From the human T2T-CHM13v2.0 reference genome, Homo sapiens, in the NCBI RefSeq assembly GCF_009914755.1, contig NC_060938.1: 64,000 nt of DNA; one strand, 5' to 3'. Position numbers and translations under genes: made by a program. Below the pieces are notes generated by a model. It did no database searches and was not told the DNA's origin. It worked only from the letters and a program-made list of their open reading frames with translations. Shown here piece after piece: positions 1 to 13,416 of this stretch (position 1 is the stretch's first letter; each line of letters starts with the position of its first letter).

Positions 1-129
1 AAGCTTGAACCTAGGCCCCCTTTCTCTTTTCATTCTATACAAGGGGTCAAAGGCCTTGCTACCCATAGGGGAAAGCAACTAATACAATTAAGTGAAGCAA
101 ATCAACTTTCATTTCCCTCTCAACGCTAT

Positions 130-950
130 TATACAACTTAAAACACAGTAGAATGAGCAAGATAACTGTCAACAGATCCTAGGCATCAAGGGAAGATGAC
201 AATAGGGAGTGGTATAGGCCTATAATAAAGCCCATGCTCCAACTAGAACAAGTTACTCAGCTCAAGACAAAAATCCTGATTTCTATGTGAAAACTCACAA
301 TTTTAAAAGTCTTGGCAACTGTGTCAATTAAAATTCTTTCTGGTACAAGTAAAAGAAATCTTGGTTCAAAATGAGTTACACCAAAAGGAGAATGTATTGG
401 CTAATTTAACTAAAAGCCTAGAAGTACATAGTGGCCCAGGGTTAATCGATATGATTAGGGCCAGTTTCTTTAACTGGATTCCACTTCTTTGTTGTCTCCA
501 CTCTCAGATAAGCTCTACCCTAGGGTAGCAAGGCAGTTCCTAGACCTCCAGGCCACATCCTGCCAAGTTTAAGCAGAAAACAAGAAACTCTCTCTTCCTA
601 GAGTTCCCCCATAGGCTCAGAATTCCCTGTGATTGGGCCAACTTGAATCAGAAGTCCATTCTTGAACCAACCATTACGGCCAGGTAAGTTGGGGAATGAT
701 TGGCTCACCCTGGGTCACACACTTCATCTAGGGTCAGAGGTAGAACTTGATCTATAACACAAAGTCTGAGATTGGAGGACAGAGAATTTCTCAAAAGGAA
801 ATTAAGGTGCTGCTACCAAAAAAGAAAATCGATACTGGGCAGCCAAAAAACCATAAACATATGCTACAGCAACTCATTCAAATATTTTAAAAACATTACA
901 CAGGCCAAATAAAACAGGTTTGCTGGCTGATGGTTTCTTGTCAATCTCTA
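130..950 (-). mobile_element. hAT-Charlie DNA transposon relic (MER102-like), split by an LTR insertion at 320-868
   Basis: Segments 'gacaatagggagtggt', 'aatcctgatttctatgtgaaaactc...ggcaac' and, after the LTR, 'gcaactcattcaaatattttaaaaac..caggccaaataaaaca' resemble one continuous recalled consensus. Subfamily name is uncertain. Confidence 0.55.
320..868 (-). mobile_element. MaLR solo LTR (MLT1K/MLT1L-like)
   Basis: Starts TG, ends CA, and is flanked by a 5-bp direct repeat GCAAC (315-319, 869-873). MLT1-like motifs 'gattgggccaacttgaatc', 'cttgaaccaaccatt', 'ctgggcagccaaaaaa'. Confidence 0.75.
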
Positions 951-959
951 GTTCCAATC

Positions 960-1190
960 CTCCTTTCTCTACTTGTTTCCTAGGTGATCTCATCCAAGAC
1001 TGAGTCTTCACCTACCATCTCTATACTGAAAATGCCACATTTTTATCTGACTCACAAATTCAACTGCCTACTCAACATCACCACTTGGATGCCTCAAACT
1101 CATCTCCAATTCAATTTGTCCAAAATGAAATTCATGATGTTCCTACACCTCACCCCTCTCCTACCCAAAGCTGGCCTTCCTCAGAGTTCT
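960..1190 (+). mobile_element. L2 LINE fragment
   Basis: 'caactgcctactcaacatcaccacttggatgcctca...tgtccaaaatgaaattc' is typical L2 3' sequence. It explains ORF 984..1301. Confidence 0.65.
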
Positions 1191-1771
1191 TATTGCAAGG
1201 GAAGATGGGGTAAGGGGATACTTGTTACTTTAGCATTAGCAGCCATAAAACATGGTCCTAACCTGAATGTTGGTACTACAAGTCTCCAAAAAGCATTTTA
1301 AAATCTTCAACAAGGACACTGAAAACTCTTAGCAGAATTCCAAGGATGCAAATGACTACTTCACTTATAAACAAGCGGGGATCATTAAGATATGCTCTTC
1401 TAACGTCTTTAATTATTAACTATGGTTTGAACTTGGTAGAATTTTATCCTATTAGGTGTAATATCAAATGGGAGTCTACTTTACTATAAATGTATCATGA
1501 TTCCACAGAAAGTTTTTTGGAATAGGACAAACACGACTGAGATATTGTTTGAAAAAAAAAAAGCCCGTCAGAAAGTCAACTGTATGACTATTGAAATTCT
1601 TTTTGTTTTCAAATATTTTTTACAAATTTGATATCTTGATTCATCTAAATTTGCAGTTGCCATTTTCCATCTCTTCCCAATTTATTTTTAAGACACATAT
1701 AAATAAAGTTTCATCATAACAAATAACAAAAGGGGGAGAGGCTGTCAAGGGACATCCAAAGGTGCTTTTGT

Positions 1772-2051
1772 GGCTGGGCGGTGGCTCATGCCTGCAATCC
1801 CAACAGTATGGGAGGCTGAGGTGAGAGGATTACTTGAGGCCAGGAGTTTGAGACTAGCCTGGGCAACATAGCAAGACCCCGTTTCTTAAAAGAAAAAAAA
1901 ATTATAAATAAGCCAGGTATGGTGGCTACTCAGGAGGCTGAGGTGGGACAATCACTTGAGCCAAGAAGATGGAGGTAACCTATGATCATACCACTGTATT
2001 CCAGCCTGGGCAATGGAAGAAGACTGGAATGCAATGGAATGCAACAAAAAA
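1772..2051 (+). mobile_element. AluJ
   Basis: Alu dimer with J-type 'gcctgggcaacatagcaagacccc'. TSD CAAAGGTGCTTTTG at 1757-1770 and 2052-2065. Confidence 0.95.
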
Positions 2052-2149
2052 CAAAGGTGCTTTTGCTTCTCTGTTTCTTAGTACAGCCATAGTCTTTTAG
2101 CAAACATATTATCTGATTTGATCCTGACAACCTGGGAGGTCGATAGGGC

Positions 2150-2626
<477 letters not shown>

Positions 2627-3829
2627 CTATCAGAAGCCTCACTTCACAGATAAGGAACCAGAGGCTCAGAGGTTATCCAAAGTTAAAGGTAGTAAGTTCA
2701 AGAACGAACTTGATCCTGTGGGATCAGTTTCCTAATTTGTTTTTCCACCAGTCCAGCTCCTGGGACTGAATGATCTCTAGTTACTTCTGGGGCCCCAAAA
2801 GCTTTTCTGATACAAAGTTAGTAAAGGACAATCAACAACAAATCATTTCAATAAATGCTTTTAAATTGACATGGATTCTAATACTGAGAATAATTTAGAA
2901 CTTGACTTTTCTCCAACTCCTAGACAGCCTAGCAATACTGCTAGCATAAATAGCAACAGATGCCAGGTGTGTTAAAATAATAATAATAAAAAAAGATTAC
3001 ATCTTTAATTTCACTGCTAATTCAGTAGAGGGCAGGTTGGGACAAAAACTTACAGTTGACTATTAATTTTAAGTGTGATTCACAAGATGACTTTCACTTA
3101 TGAAGCATTATTATAGGCCTTTGGTCAACTAAAACTTTCTTCTGTAATAAATGATGTCCATTTAATGATTTTTTTTGTTGTTGTTTCTATGTTTCAAAAA
3201 TACCCACATGGAAAGGTGCCATATTATACCTAATTATTGCACAAACTAATGCAAAGTAAATGTGTAAGCCTAACAGTTCTAATCAGCCTGTGCAGAAGGC
3301 CTTTTGATTTCAACATCCAACATTCATTAAAAAGAAAATGTGTTACAAAAAGCCAAGAAATTTTGGTGTGTGGGATTTGAATAAGACAGATAGGCTTAAC
3401 TCATGAGAAGGCTTTTTTTTTTAATTTAAATCTAATTATTTTACATTTTGTATTTCCCACAACACTTAGAGCAGAGTTTTAAACAAAGAAGCTGGATAAT
3501 AAGTGCACATAATGAGATATATATTAGGGAAAATGACATTTTGCTAAATGTTCCTTCTTCCTATCCCTATGCTGGTTCTGGAGGAGAAAGTCTGGCAGAT
3601 TCTTGGTGGTGTCTGCCCTAAGGCTGCCTTTGTGTCAAAGGCACATCAAATGGAATACTGGAAGTCCTCAGGGAGCTGACAGTCTAATCAATGGGCAAAC
3701 ACAGAAGATATGCAGGTTGCAGATTATCTTTAAGTGTTCTTATAACTGAGCAACATACTAAAATGTTTTAACATCATGTCCAAACAGTGTAAGATGTAGA
3801 ATTAAGAGACCTGATGCAGCCAGTGTTGC

Positions 3830-3970
3830 TAGATATGACTTTGGGCAAGTCAATTTTCTGAGCCTGTTTCCTTACTCATTGCCACCGCATCCCTCAGGGC
3901 TACTGCAAAAGAAATGAAGGCAAAAGAAAATCTTTTGCAAATCTGAAAGCACTACACACTGTTAAGTATC
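3830..3970 (+). mobile_element. MIR fragment
   Basis: MIR core 'tgactttgggcaagtcaattttctgagcctgtttcctt'. Confidence 0.6.
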
Positions 3971-4069
3971 ACGAGGGACACTCATAAAAATGTCCTGTTT
4001 CTCAGAATACAGCAGTGACCACCTTTTGGAGTCCCTTAAAATGAAGTCAGAGGATTCTTTCTAAACTCT

Positions 4070-4465
4070 AAATTCAATCATTCCATTTCCAGGCTTCAAG
4101 ATTCCTTACTCCCAAAGGATAAACACTCAACTGTTTAGCTTGGTAAATAAGGTCCTGCAAAAATTGGCTCCCCAACTGCCCTTTCCATAGCTTTACTCTT
4201 CAAAGACCACAGCAAATACACAGCTGCTCCCTGATCACATTGTCTTCCGTGTATCTTTGCCTTTACATTGACTTTACATTGTTGGTGGAGTTCCTGGCTA
4301 TGATTATCCTGCCAAACTTAGGACTCCACCAACTGCTATTATAGCACCTTGCACATTATAATGGAGCACTGAACTTCTGTAGGAGAAAGAGGATAAATGT
4401 CTTATTCTTATCAGTAGCCCCCATCCTTAGTATAAAGCCCAACCTACAGCAGTCAGTAAATGTTC
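4070..4465 (+). mobile_element. L2 3' fragment
   Basis: Degenerate L2 3' end ('atagcaccttgcacat', 'tgtcttattctt...cagtaaatgtt'). Confidence 0.5.
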
Positions 4466-4586
4466 CCTGAGTGACAGGCAAGGGAGATACTTACTTGCAT
4501 ACCTCAAAAAGACGGTGCCAAAAAGAGAATCTCAAGGGAAGGTTGTCAACTGAAAAAAAAGCTTAGAGACCTAAATAAAAATACTA

Positions 4587-4890
4587 CAGGCCCACATCTC
4601 TTATCCAAATCCCCTAAAGCCAGGTGTGCTTTGGAATTCAGCATTCTTGACTTTTTAGAAAGGTAATATGGTACGTACACCTTATGCTCCAAGTAGGATC
4701 TAGGTCAGCACCCCATAATCAAACACGGTAATACTGCTGCAGCAAAACTTACAAATGATCCCACTAAATTAGATACATGAAGAACATAAATAGACTCACA
4801 TTTGTTCAAGTCCGATCTTACCACCAAGTGAGTTAGAAAAGCTTTCAGGGCCTTTAAGATTTTGGAATTAGAGAGAGGATGGTGGCTCCA
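4587..4890 (+). mobile_element. MER46C (TcMar-Tigger MITE)
   Basis: TA-flanked. 'caggcccacatctcttatcc...ttagaaaggtaatatggt...cagcaccccataatcaaacac' matches the recalled MER46C consensus. Confidence 0.8.
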
Positions 4891-5395
4891 TACCACCTTA
4901 TTTGCATACATAACTTTTTCACATCCCTTTTCTTGTTTGCTCAGAAATTCAGTATGGCAGGACTGACCCATATTTAGGCAACAAATTAAAAGTGGACACA
5001 CACCCAAACAGCAGCAGACAGGTAATAAAGTATTCTGAGAAAAAGAGGTTCAGAGGCACATAAAAATGGCCATCATCACTAGCAACTGTTACAGCCTTTT
5101 ACACCATTAAAACAAAAAAAAAGTTCTTTCTGAATCTAGCATGGAACCACCAGGTGAGAAAAGCAGTGAATACACAGAGCAGGAAATGAATGAAAGACTG
5201 ATTGCAAGCATGCATACATGCATGCATACATACATATTGTTAGGAGCTAACTCCTATCAGATTTCTAAATGGCTTCCCAATTGCGGGGACAGAAATGTAC
5301 ACATACAAACAATGGCATTCAGACACGAAAATCAAGCTGTTGCAGACCAATTTGACTTGCTTCCATATCAAAATAGAACCCGTAATGCATAGATA

Positions 5396-7852
5396 CAAGC
5401 ATAGTTTGTTTATTGTGCTTTATTGCACTTCACAGATATTTTATATTTTACAAATTGAAGGTTTGTGGCAGCCCAGTGTGAAGCAAGTCTATCAGCGGCA
5501 TCTTTCCAACAGCATGTGCCCACTCCATGTCTCTGGGTCACATTTTGATAATTTTGCAATATTTAAAAATCTTTCATTATTATATGCTACAGTAATCTGT
5601 GATCAATGCTCTTATATGTTTCTATTGCACTTGTTTTGGAGTGCCACAAACCATGCCCAAAAATGACAGTGAACTTAATCAATAAATGCACGTATTCTGG
5701 CTGCTCCACCCACCAGCCCTGTCCCGGTCTCTATCCCTTCGTCTGAACTCTATCAATAAATGTATGTATTCTAGCTGCTCCTCCCACCAGCCATGCCCCT
5801 GCCTCAGGCCTCCCTATTCCCTAAGACACAACAATATTGAAATTAGGCCAATTAATAATCCTACAATTGACTCTAAGTGTTCAAATAAAGGAAGATTCTC
5901 ATGTCTCTCACTTTCAATCAAAAGCTAGAAACGATTACGCTTAGTGAAGAAAGCATGTCGAAAGCCAGGACAGGCTGAAAGCTAGGCCTCTTGCCCCAAA
6001 CAGCCAAGTTGGGAATGCAAAAAACTTCTTGAAGGAAATTAAAAATACTGCTCTGCTGAATGCATGAATAAGAAAGAAAAACATCCTTATTGCTGATACG
6101 AAGAAAATGTGACCAGTCTGGATGCAAGATCAAACCAGCCAACCAGCTACAGCATTCCCTTAAGCCAAAGCCTAATCCAGAGAAAGGCTCTAACTCTCTT
6201 CAATTCTACGAAGGCTGAAAGAGGTGATGAAGCTGCAGAAGAAAAAAAGCTGGAAGCTAGGAGAGGTTGGTTCATGAGGTTTAAGAAGCCATCTCTATGA
6301 CATAAAATTGCAAGGTGAAGTGGCAAGTGCTGATGTAGAAGCTGCAGCAAGTTATGCGGATGATCTAGCTAAGATAACTGATTAAGGTTATCAGTTACCA
6401 TTAAGGTTATCAGCTACACCAAACAACAGATTTTCAATGTAGATGAACAGCCCTATATTGGAAGAAAATGCCATTTAGGACTTCCATAGGTACAGAGGAG
6501 AAGTCAAGGCCTTGCTGCAAACCTTCAAAGGTCAGGATGACTTTCTTGTTAGAGGCTAATGCTGCTGGTGACTTTAAGTTGAATCCAATGCTTATTTACC
6601 ATTCTGAAAATCCTAGGGCCCTTAAGCATTATCCTAAATCTATTCTGCATGTGCTCTATCAATGGAACAACAAAGCCTAGATGACACCACATCTGTTCAC
6701 AGTATGGCTTACTGAATATTTTAAGCTCATTGTTGAGACTGACTGCTCAGAAAAAAAAAAAATCTTTTCAAAATATTACTGCTCATTGACAATGTACCTG
6801 GTCATCCAAGAGCTCTAATGGAGAGGTACAAAAAGATTAATGTTGTTTTCATGTCTAATCATCCATTCTTCAGCCCATGGATCAAGTGGTAATTTCTACT
6901 TTCAAGTCCTATTATTTAAGAAATACCTTTCATTAGGCTATAGCTGCCATAGACAGTGATTCCTCCGATGTATCTGGTCAAAGTCACTTCAAAATTTTCT
7001 AAAAGGAGTCACCATTCTAGATGCCTTTACAAATATTTGTGATTCATGGGGGGAGGTCAAAATATCAACATTAACACGAGCTTGGAAGAAGCTGATTCTA
7101 AACCTCATAAATGACTTTGAAGGGTTCAAGACTTCAGTAGAGAAAGCAACTGCAGATGTGGTGGAAATGGCAAGAGACCTAGAATCTGAAGTTTAGCCTG
7201 AAGATGTGACTACGTTGTGCAATCTTATGATAAAACTTGAATGAATGAGGAGTTGCTTCTTATGGATGAGCAGAGAAAGTAGTTTCTTGAGGTGGTGAAG
7301 ATGCTGTGAACATTGTTGAAGCGACAACAAAGGACTTAGAATATTACATAAACTGAGGTGATAAAGCAGCAGCAGCAGAGTTTGAAAGGATTGATTCCAA
7401 TTTTGACAGAAGTTCTACAGTGGGTAAAATGCTAACAAACAGCATCACAAGCTGCAGGGAAATCTTACACGGAAGGAAGAGTCAATCAATGCAGCAAACT
7501 TCACTGCTATCTTATTTTAAGAAATTGCCACAGCTACCCCAACCTTCAGCACCACCATTCTGACCAGGCAGCAGTCATCCACGTTGAGGCAAGACCCTCG
7601 ACCAGCAAAAGGATTACTATTTGCTGAAGATTCAGATGATCATTGGCATTTTTTAGCAATAAAGTATTTTTAATTCAGGTATGTATTTTTTCAGACATAA
7701 TGCTACTGGACACTTAATAGACTTCAGTATAGTGTAAACATAATTTTTATAAGCACCAAGAAACAAAAAATTTGTGTGACTTACTTTATTGCAATATTTC
7801 CTTTATTGTTGTTGTCTGGAACTGAACCTGCAATATCTCTGAGGAATGCCTG
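5396..7852 (+). mobile_element. Tigger1 DNA transposon, near full length, decayed
   Basis: Left end TA|caagcata...ttattg, right end ...caatatctctgaggaatgcctg. Length is ~2.46 kb and it is colinear with the recalled Tigger1 consensus throughout. Confidence 0.95.
5866..7240 (+). pseudogene. Disrupted Tigger1 (pogo/TIGD1-like) transposase reading frame
   Basis: ORF remnants 6109-6300 ([18 protein letters not shown]...[12 protein letters not shown]; CENP-B-type HTH) and 6468-6680 ([27 protein letters not shown]; DDE_1 region). Start codon is mutated (ATT), with multiple stops and frameshifts. Confidence 0.9.
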
Positions 7853-8164
7853 CATATAAATGTATTATTTTAAACAACCACAAAGACTCCTATATAATGC
7901 TTCATGTGAAAAATTTCTTTTAGAACCAAGTGCTGGCGGGAGTATAAAGCTCTCCCTGAGAAAATGGTAGGTGCTTTCCCTCCTGAAAAGACTTACCACA
8001 TAATTAGGAAGAGGAAAAAGAATGTATAATCCCATTTGCAATGAATCCTAACACCTGGACACTCATTTGGTAGTTAAGCTAAAAGTTCTTATTTCAAAGA
8101 GCTGGATAATTCTGCCTCAGAACCTTTATAACAGACACTACTTGATTCTATCACACACCAGAGG

Positions 8165-8330
8165 CCAATAATAATAGCAATAGCTACCATTTATCCTACT
8201 GAGTCCTCACGGTATGCAAGGCAGGGAGCTGAACACTTTGAAAGTCTCAATTAATCCCCCTATTAATAATAGAACATATCTCATAAGGTTACCATCCCAT
8301 TTTACATATAAGAAGCTGGATCTTTCAGGA
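8165..8330 (-). mobile_element. MIR fragment
   Basis: 'aataatagcaatagctaccatttat...catcccatttacatataagaagctg'. Confidence 0.55.
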
Positions 8331-11300
8331 AAGATCCCAGAGCTTTCAAGAAGGAAAATCAAATGACTACAATGGCATCCCTTGCCAATTAGATAGCATT
8401 GGGATTGCAATTAGATAGCAATTGGATAGAGCAATTCAACAGGCTGGAGTAACAAAGGTGACTAGGCCTAGCCCCCAAAGTCTGGTCTTCCATGCCTGTC
8501 TGCTCACAGCATCCAGGACAGTACCCCATGCCCAATATGAGGGGAAAAGGCAGGGCCTGGGCCACTGAATGGGAAAAGGAAGCCAAGGTGCTCATCAACT
8601 CACCAGGAGAGCCTGGCCACTTCCTTCCCAGCACCCTTTATTCTACTACAAGCCTTGGGGACTCTAATAACTCTCTTTTGCCCTTTTTTGAGGCCAATAT
8701 TTGCCAATTAATCATGACTCTAAGACCTTGAGTGGAGGACAAGACACTATTCCCTCAAGGGTTCTTCATCTTGAGGGGCAATACAGAAAACAAAATGCTT
8801 ACTGTGTTGGGCAAGGGAACAGGAGAACTGATTTTAAACAGACAGATTTTAAAGGCAAATTGGTAGCTCACAGATCACCAGTTACATATATCTTCAATAT
8901 CCACCTAAACACCAGGGCACAATAAAGGCTGACAGCATTGATGGGTTCCTATCTGTCCCTCCTCGGCCTTTAAAGCTGTAATCCTCATGCTTTCTGAAAT
9001 TGCTACGGCCTGGCTTCATCTTGAGTCATAAATTCCTACCCATTGCTATACAACATGTTATTTTTAATTAAGGTAGATTTAAATTAACTGTTATGGAAAT
9101 TGCCTAACACCCTACATAATAACTAATTAGACACATCCCGATTTCCTTCACAAACTCAGAATGAAAAGAAAAAAAAAAAATCACAAGTTCCAGAATACAC
9201 CTCTCATAAAAACCAAGAAAGGACAGTATATTTCAACAGAAATTCAATCTATTGCTAGTGGAAATTTGTCCAGACCAGACATAAAATATTGGTACGCTTC
9301 GAAATTATTTCTTCATACACACAATATTGCCAAATTTTGTAAATATTTATAGACCTATAAATCTTTACATTGATTTTAGAACAAGACAAAGCCATCACTT
9401 GGTTCTCCCCTTGTACTGAACCAATTAAAGCTTTGGTTACGAAAAAGCAAGAAAACAACTTCTAAGAGAGAATGACCTTAAACTGAAAAATAGGCTTTAA
9501 TATGAAACGTCTTAGAAATATTTTAAGTTCTAGAAAATCACAATGAGCTGGAGAATCGAGAGATTGGAATTAAGAATTCTGAGTTTACTACTCATTTATG
9601 GTAGAATTGTACTGCCTCAGTTTTCTCACCTGTAAAACAGAGGCAGGCAGAAAGATGAGAGTACAGGAGGAAGAGATGACAAAGGGGTTAGATATCCAAA
9701 GCCTTTTCCTGCTCAAAAACAATTGATATTGCAATATACATAGAATAGATTCTTTCTAGAGACAGACTACTCCTCTGTTTCAACTAAAAAATAAAAGCTT
9801 TTTAAAACATCAAAGAAAATAAAGATACAGGATAATAAATTGGCTTTAATCGTCTTAGCATGAGAGTAAACTTTTATTCTTATGCAAATGCAAACTTACA
9901 AAATAAAAATGAGTGGTAATAAATATTTTTGAAGAATGGCTGTATGTATCTCCCAAGCAATTTTTTTTTTTTTTTTTGCTCAGTTCTATATATCCTAATG
10001 CACAGGACAAATGAAGATAATTTGGCACATGCTATTATTGCCCACCATCTCTAGTTATTTTAAGACAGTAACATGTTTATCAACAGCATGCTTAGGACAA
10101 CAGACCAGCACAGCAGAGCAGAAATATCCCGAGGTCACTCTTGGACCCCAACGAAGAGCCTAAGAAATGCCCTGCTTCCAACTAAAGGAAGAAATGGACA
10201 ATAGTATCACTGAATTCCAAGAGAAGGTGGGGAGTGGAAAATACAGAAGAAATATGGTGGTAAATACAGAAAGAAATACAGACAGGAAGATAGAAAGTTT
10301 GAAGTGACAGAGATGGAAAAAATAAAGAGGCTTGAAATATAAAACCTTAATAAAGACAACAGAGGCACACAGGAGGAAAACAGACTGACCAGCCACTTTG
10401 CGCATGGTCTCCAACACCGCGAAGGCATTCTATTCTGCAGAGAGAAAGCACTGCAGCAGTACTGATCCCCAGGACTATCACCACACTGGAACTAGCCTCT
10501 CTCTGGTTTTAAGGTTGGTGGTGAGTTCCATCATCCGACATCGCTCGACACAGAGGATCAAGATCAAGACAACATTTGTCCTCAGTCCACACTCAGCCCT
10601 GGGGTTGTGACTTGAGCACCCCAAGGCCTGAAATGTAAAACAATCTCAAATAAAAAAGAAACTAGATCTAACCTATCTTTAACTCATCTCTCCCCCAGTC
10701 CTCAGTCACATTAACCAAAAACTCATCCACTGATTCAATCACTTTATGGAAGGATCGAGTGGAAAAAAGAAACACAGGCATTTACCTAAGCAGGAGCACT
10801 CAACCCGTCCGGGGAAGCCTCACCTACCAAGAGCCAACTGTCACCACAGGGCCTATGCCCTCTGAGCAGCAGCTCCCACTAGTGGTGGGGAGGACAACAG
10901 GAGAACATAAGAACAGATTTCACAGAGTCCCTCGATCAATGTAAAATCCTTCACATTTCACAAAGTTACCAAATACATAACCCTCACAGACACCTCAGAA
11001 GGTTAGTGTTACTAGGCTCATCATACAGATAGATAAACAGAGGATCAGAAGGGTTGAGTCTAGCATAAAGGGAAAAAGACACATTTCTAAGTGCTGAGAA
11101 GTTCAAAATAACTTGTAAGTGCTTCCTGAAAATTGCAGGCACATCTCTATATGATGAAATGCATTGGGGGTTGTACTACAACTATGAATCTTTTCTCTTG
11201 CCCCAGCCACACTCATTGGTACACTAACTGCTGTTTCCCACCAAGCACACACACCACTTTTCTAAAGAAACTCCTCCTGTTCTAATCCATCAAACAAAAG

Positions 11301-11399
11301 GTACATGAGTGGCTATTATAAGTAATACTGTGAGGATTCAAACTTCAATTGGAAAAAGATCTTGACTATAGTCTACCTGGGGAGGCATGACGGTCCATG

Positions 11400-12118
11400 C
11401 AATGACACCACCATCACACAGTCATGCAAGCTAGAGACTGAAGAGCCAACTCTGGCATCTCCCTGTTTCTCACCCTGTACTTTCAACCCATTACCACATC
11501 CAGTCATATCACTTCTTTCTATTTCTCCATACCTCCACCCGGTTCGCTCCATCTTTACCACCCTGGTCAGACTATCATCATTTCTTCCTAAACTACTGCA
11601 AAAACTTCTAAACTGGTCCACCGTATCTTCTCTTGGACTTCCACAATCAATTCATCCACTTCCTTTATTGCAAAAAACATGAATCTTGTCAATCTAATCA
11701 CTTCAAATCCATGTTAGGAACACTGGTGACTCTTGAGAAAATACTTTCTCATACCCATTATCCTCCACTTCCAGCCATAGAGGGCTTCTGCCCCTTGCTC
11801 ATACCAAGGTCCTTCCTACCTCAGGGCCTTTGCACATTCCATCACCTCCATAATGCCATCTCCCTCCCTCTTTAACTCTACTTATCCTTCAGATCTCAGC
11901 TCATCATGACTTCCTTAGGAAACTGCCCTAATTTATTTGACTAGGCCAAACTCCCTCAAACATGTACCCCCCTGGAGCACTTACAACAGTTGTCATGTAA
12001 CATTTTATGCAATTAGTTTAGCTCCTTTAAAAACATTCTATAAAAGCAGAAACCTTGTCTGATTTTGCTCACCATGAAAATCGGTTACACACGTAGACTC
12101 TTTTGCTGAATGAATGAA
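11400..12118 (+). mobile_element. L2 (L2a-like) 3' portion
   Basis: 'ctcagggcctttgcacat', 'ctacttatccttcagatctcagctc' and terminal 'tgctgaatgaatgaa'. Confidence 0.8.
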
Positions 12119-12803
12119 AAGACAGAGATCTAAGTTTAACACAAAACAAAATGAAAAAAGTGCCTGAGAAAATGCAGGTATATGGCCCTGCAGGATTTTA
12201 AACCAGGAATTTCCTGGGGTCCCTTCACCCCAAAATAGCACTATGACACAGCATCTATTTGAGGAAGGGGAGAGAAACTATAATATCTTTGTCTGTCCTT
12301 TCTCCTGTTCCAAGCCTGGACATGAAACGGACAAGGAAAGAAGTAGGGTGCTGCATAGAAGCTTGGCCCTGTATGTTTGCTTTTGATAAAGGTAGGGGAA
12401 GGAGGTACCGGTAATAATACCCAAACACTTACTGAAAGAAAAACCAACTAAACCTACTGAAAGAGTTGTTCCAGGTAAACTTGACCCCTAACACCCCCAC
12501 ACAAGAACCATATCCCTCTGTGGAGGCCTTTCCATGATGTAGGTCATCATCCTTACATGAAGCTGAATATCTTTCCCCTCCTTTAAATGTCAATGGCATT
12601 TCTCTCCTTCAAAACCCAGTTTCTTCTCAAAATCTGCTACAATTTCCCCATCCCTCACGTAAGCTGAGCATATTTAAAATGCAGTCGCTCATACTGATGC
12701 ACTTCTTATTAATTAACGTCTGATCTTCTTTCTTTTGAAATCCAGTTTCTCAAGAATGGCCCCAGGTTCTGACCATACCCTCTAGTCACGCACTGCCTCA
12801 GTA

Positions 12804-13012
12804 CAGCACAGTGCAGTGGTCAAGAGCCTGAACTTAGGAGTCACATGGATGGGATGTGTGACCCTGGGACCAAAGGACAACTTCTCTGAGCCTTGGTTTC
12901 TGACTCTGTAAAACAGGGCTAGTAACGGCACCTAATTAAAAGAGTTGAAAGAATCCACAAAATGTCCTTAGCACAGTGTCCAGCACACTACATATGCACA
13001 GCTATTAATATT
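12804..13012 (+). mobile_element. MIR
   Basis: 'gcagtggtcaagagc...tgtgtgaccctggg...ttctctgagccttggtttc...tgtaaaacaggg...cttagcacagtgtccagcac'. Confidence 0.75.
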
Positions 13013-13089
13013 TTAATCAATATCACATAGAGGAAGCCTCAGATATTCACTGAAGTGAGCTCCTTATTCCTAAACCAAGAAGCTTATTA

Positions 13090-13416
<327 letters not shown>

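Noticed and set aside
6109-6680. Transposase-like ORFs as a domesticated TIGD gene
   Set aside because: Fragments of a decayed Tigger1 with a lost start codon, stops and frameshifts.
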